A stretch of 64,000 nucleotides of DNA from Heterodontus francisci (Eukaryota). Below are positions 63,401-64,000 of the stretch, in pieces. The stretch's first letter is position 1. The number at the start of each line of letters is the position of its first letter. The notes under the pieces were generated by a model. The model saw nothing but the letters and a program-made list of their open reading frames with translations. It was not told the DNA's origin and did no database searches. The position numbers were made by a program, and so were the translations under genes. The DNA is taken from positions 13,927,344-13,991,343 of the forward strand of contig NC_090417.1 in NCBI RefSeq assembly GCF_036365525.1, in the 5' to 3' direction.

Positions 63401-64000
63401 GGTGTGTGTTAATGTAGGTCAGTGAGTACAGGGGTTATAGGGGAACGGGACTTGGTGTGTGTTAATATAGGTCAGTGAGGACAGGGGTGATAGGGGAAGG
63501 GGACTTGGTGTGTGTTAATGTAGGTCAGTGAGTACAGGGGTGATAGGGGAATGGGACTTGGTGTGTGTTAATGTTGGTCAGTGAGCACAGGAGTGATAGG
63601 GGAACGGGACATGCTGTGTGTTAATGTAGGTCAGTGAGTACAGGGGTGATAGGGGAATGGGACTTGGTGTGTGTTAATGTTGGTCAGTGAGTACAGGGGT
63701 GATAGGGGAATGGGACTTGGTGTGTGTTAATGTAGGTCAGTGAGTACAGGGGTGATAGGGGAAAGGAACTTGGTGTGTGTTAATGTAGGTCAGTGAGTAC
63801 AGGGGTGATAGGGGAACGGGACTTGGTGTGTGTTAATGTAGGTCAGTGAGTACAGGGGTTATAGGGGAACGGGACTTGGTGTGTGTTAATATAGGTCAGT
63901 GAGTACAGGGGTGATAGGGGAAGGGGACTTGGTGTGTGTTAATGTAGGTCAGTGAGTACAGGGGTGATAGGGGAATGGGACTTGGTGTGTGTTAATGTAG
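54453..64000. repeat. Tandem satellite, 53-bp monomer aatgtaggtcagtgagtacaggggtgataggggaa(t/c)gggacttggtgtgtgtt, ~180 copies, extends past the window
   Basis: Period of 53 nt read directly (54506, 54559, ...), with only substitution variants and rare 1-nt indels. Confidence 0.99.

Noticed and set aside
54453-64000. CRISPR-like or telomeric array
   Set aside because: Head-to-tail monomers with no unique spacers, no TTAGGG repeats, and a eukaryotic context.

Overview
Repeat-dense vertebrate genomic DNA. The HE1/V-SINE-, Deu-SINE-, CR1- and L2-type repeats point to a cartilaginous fish, probably a shark (inference). Among the repeats is a tandem cluster of three intact, 4-exon, minus-strand genes for small secreted beta-microseminoprotein (MSMB/PSP94/snake SSP family) proteins, assembled by hand from splice sites: A ~3.2-10.1 kb, B 21.9-25.3 kb, C 31.3-36.5 kb. 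Paralog C has lost both cysteines of one disulfide. The window also holds (1) a ~3.2-kb inverted-repeat element with a 9-bp target duplication (Mutator-like) inside a CR1, (2) a near-intact full-length CR1 LINE (49.6-53.9 kb) with a U_UUA_AAC -1 slippery heptamer at the ORF1/ORF2 overlap and no upstream ATG for ORF2, and (3) a >9.5-kb array of a 53-bp satellite derived from L2 LINE ORF2 sequence, running off the right end. Exon and junction coordinates were read directly. Boundaries of old repeats are approximate. No database search was possible.
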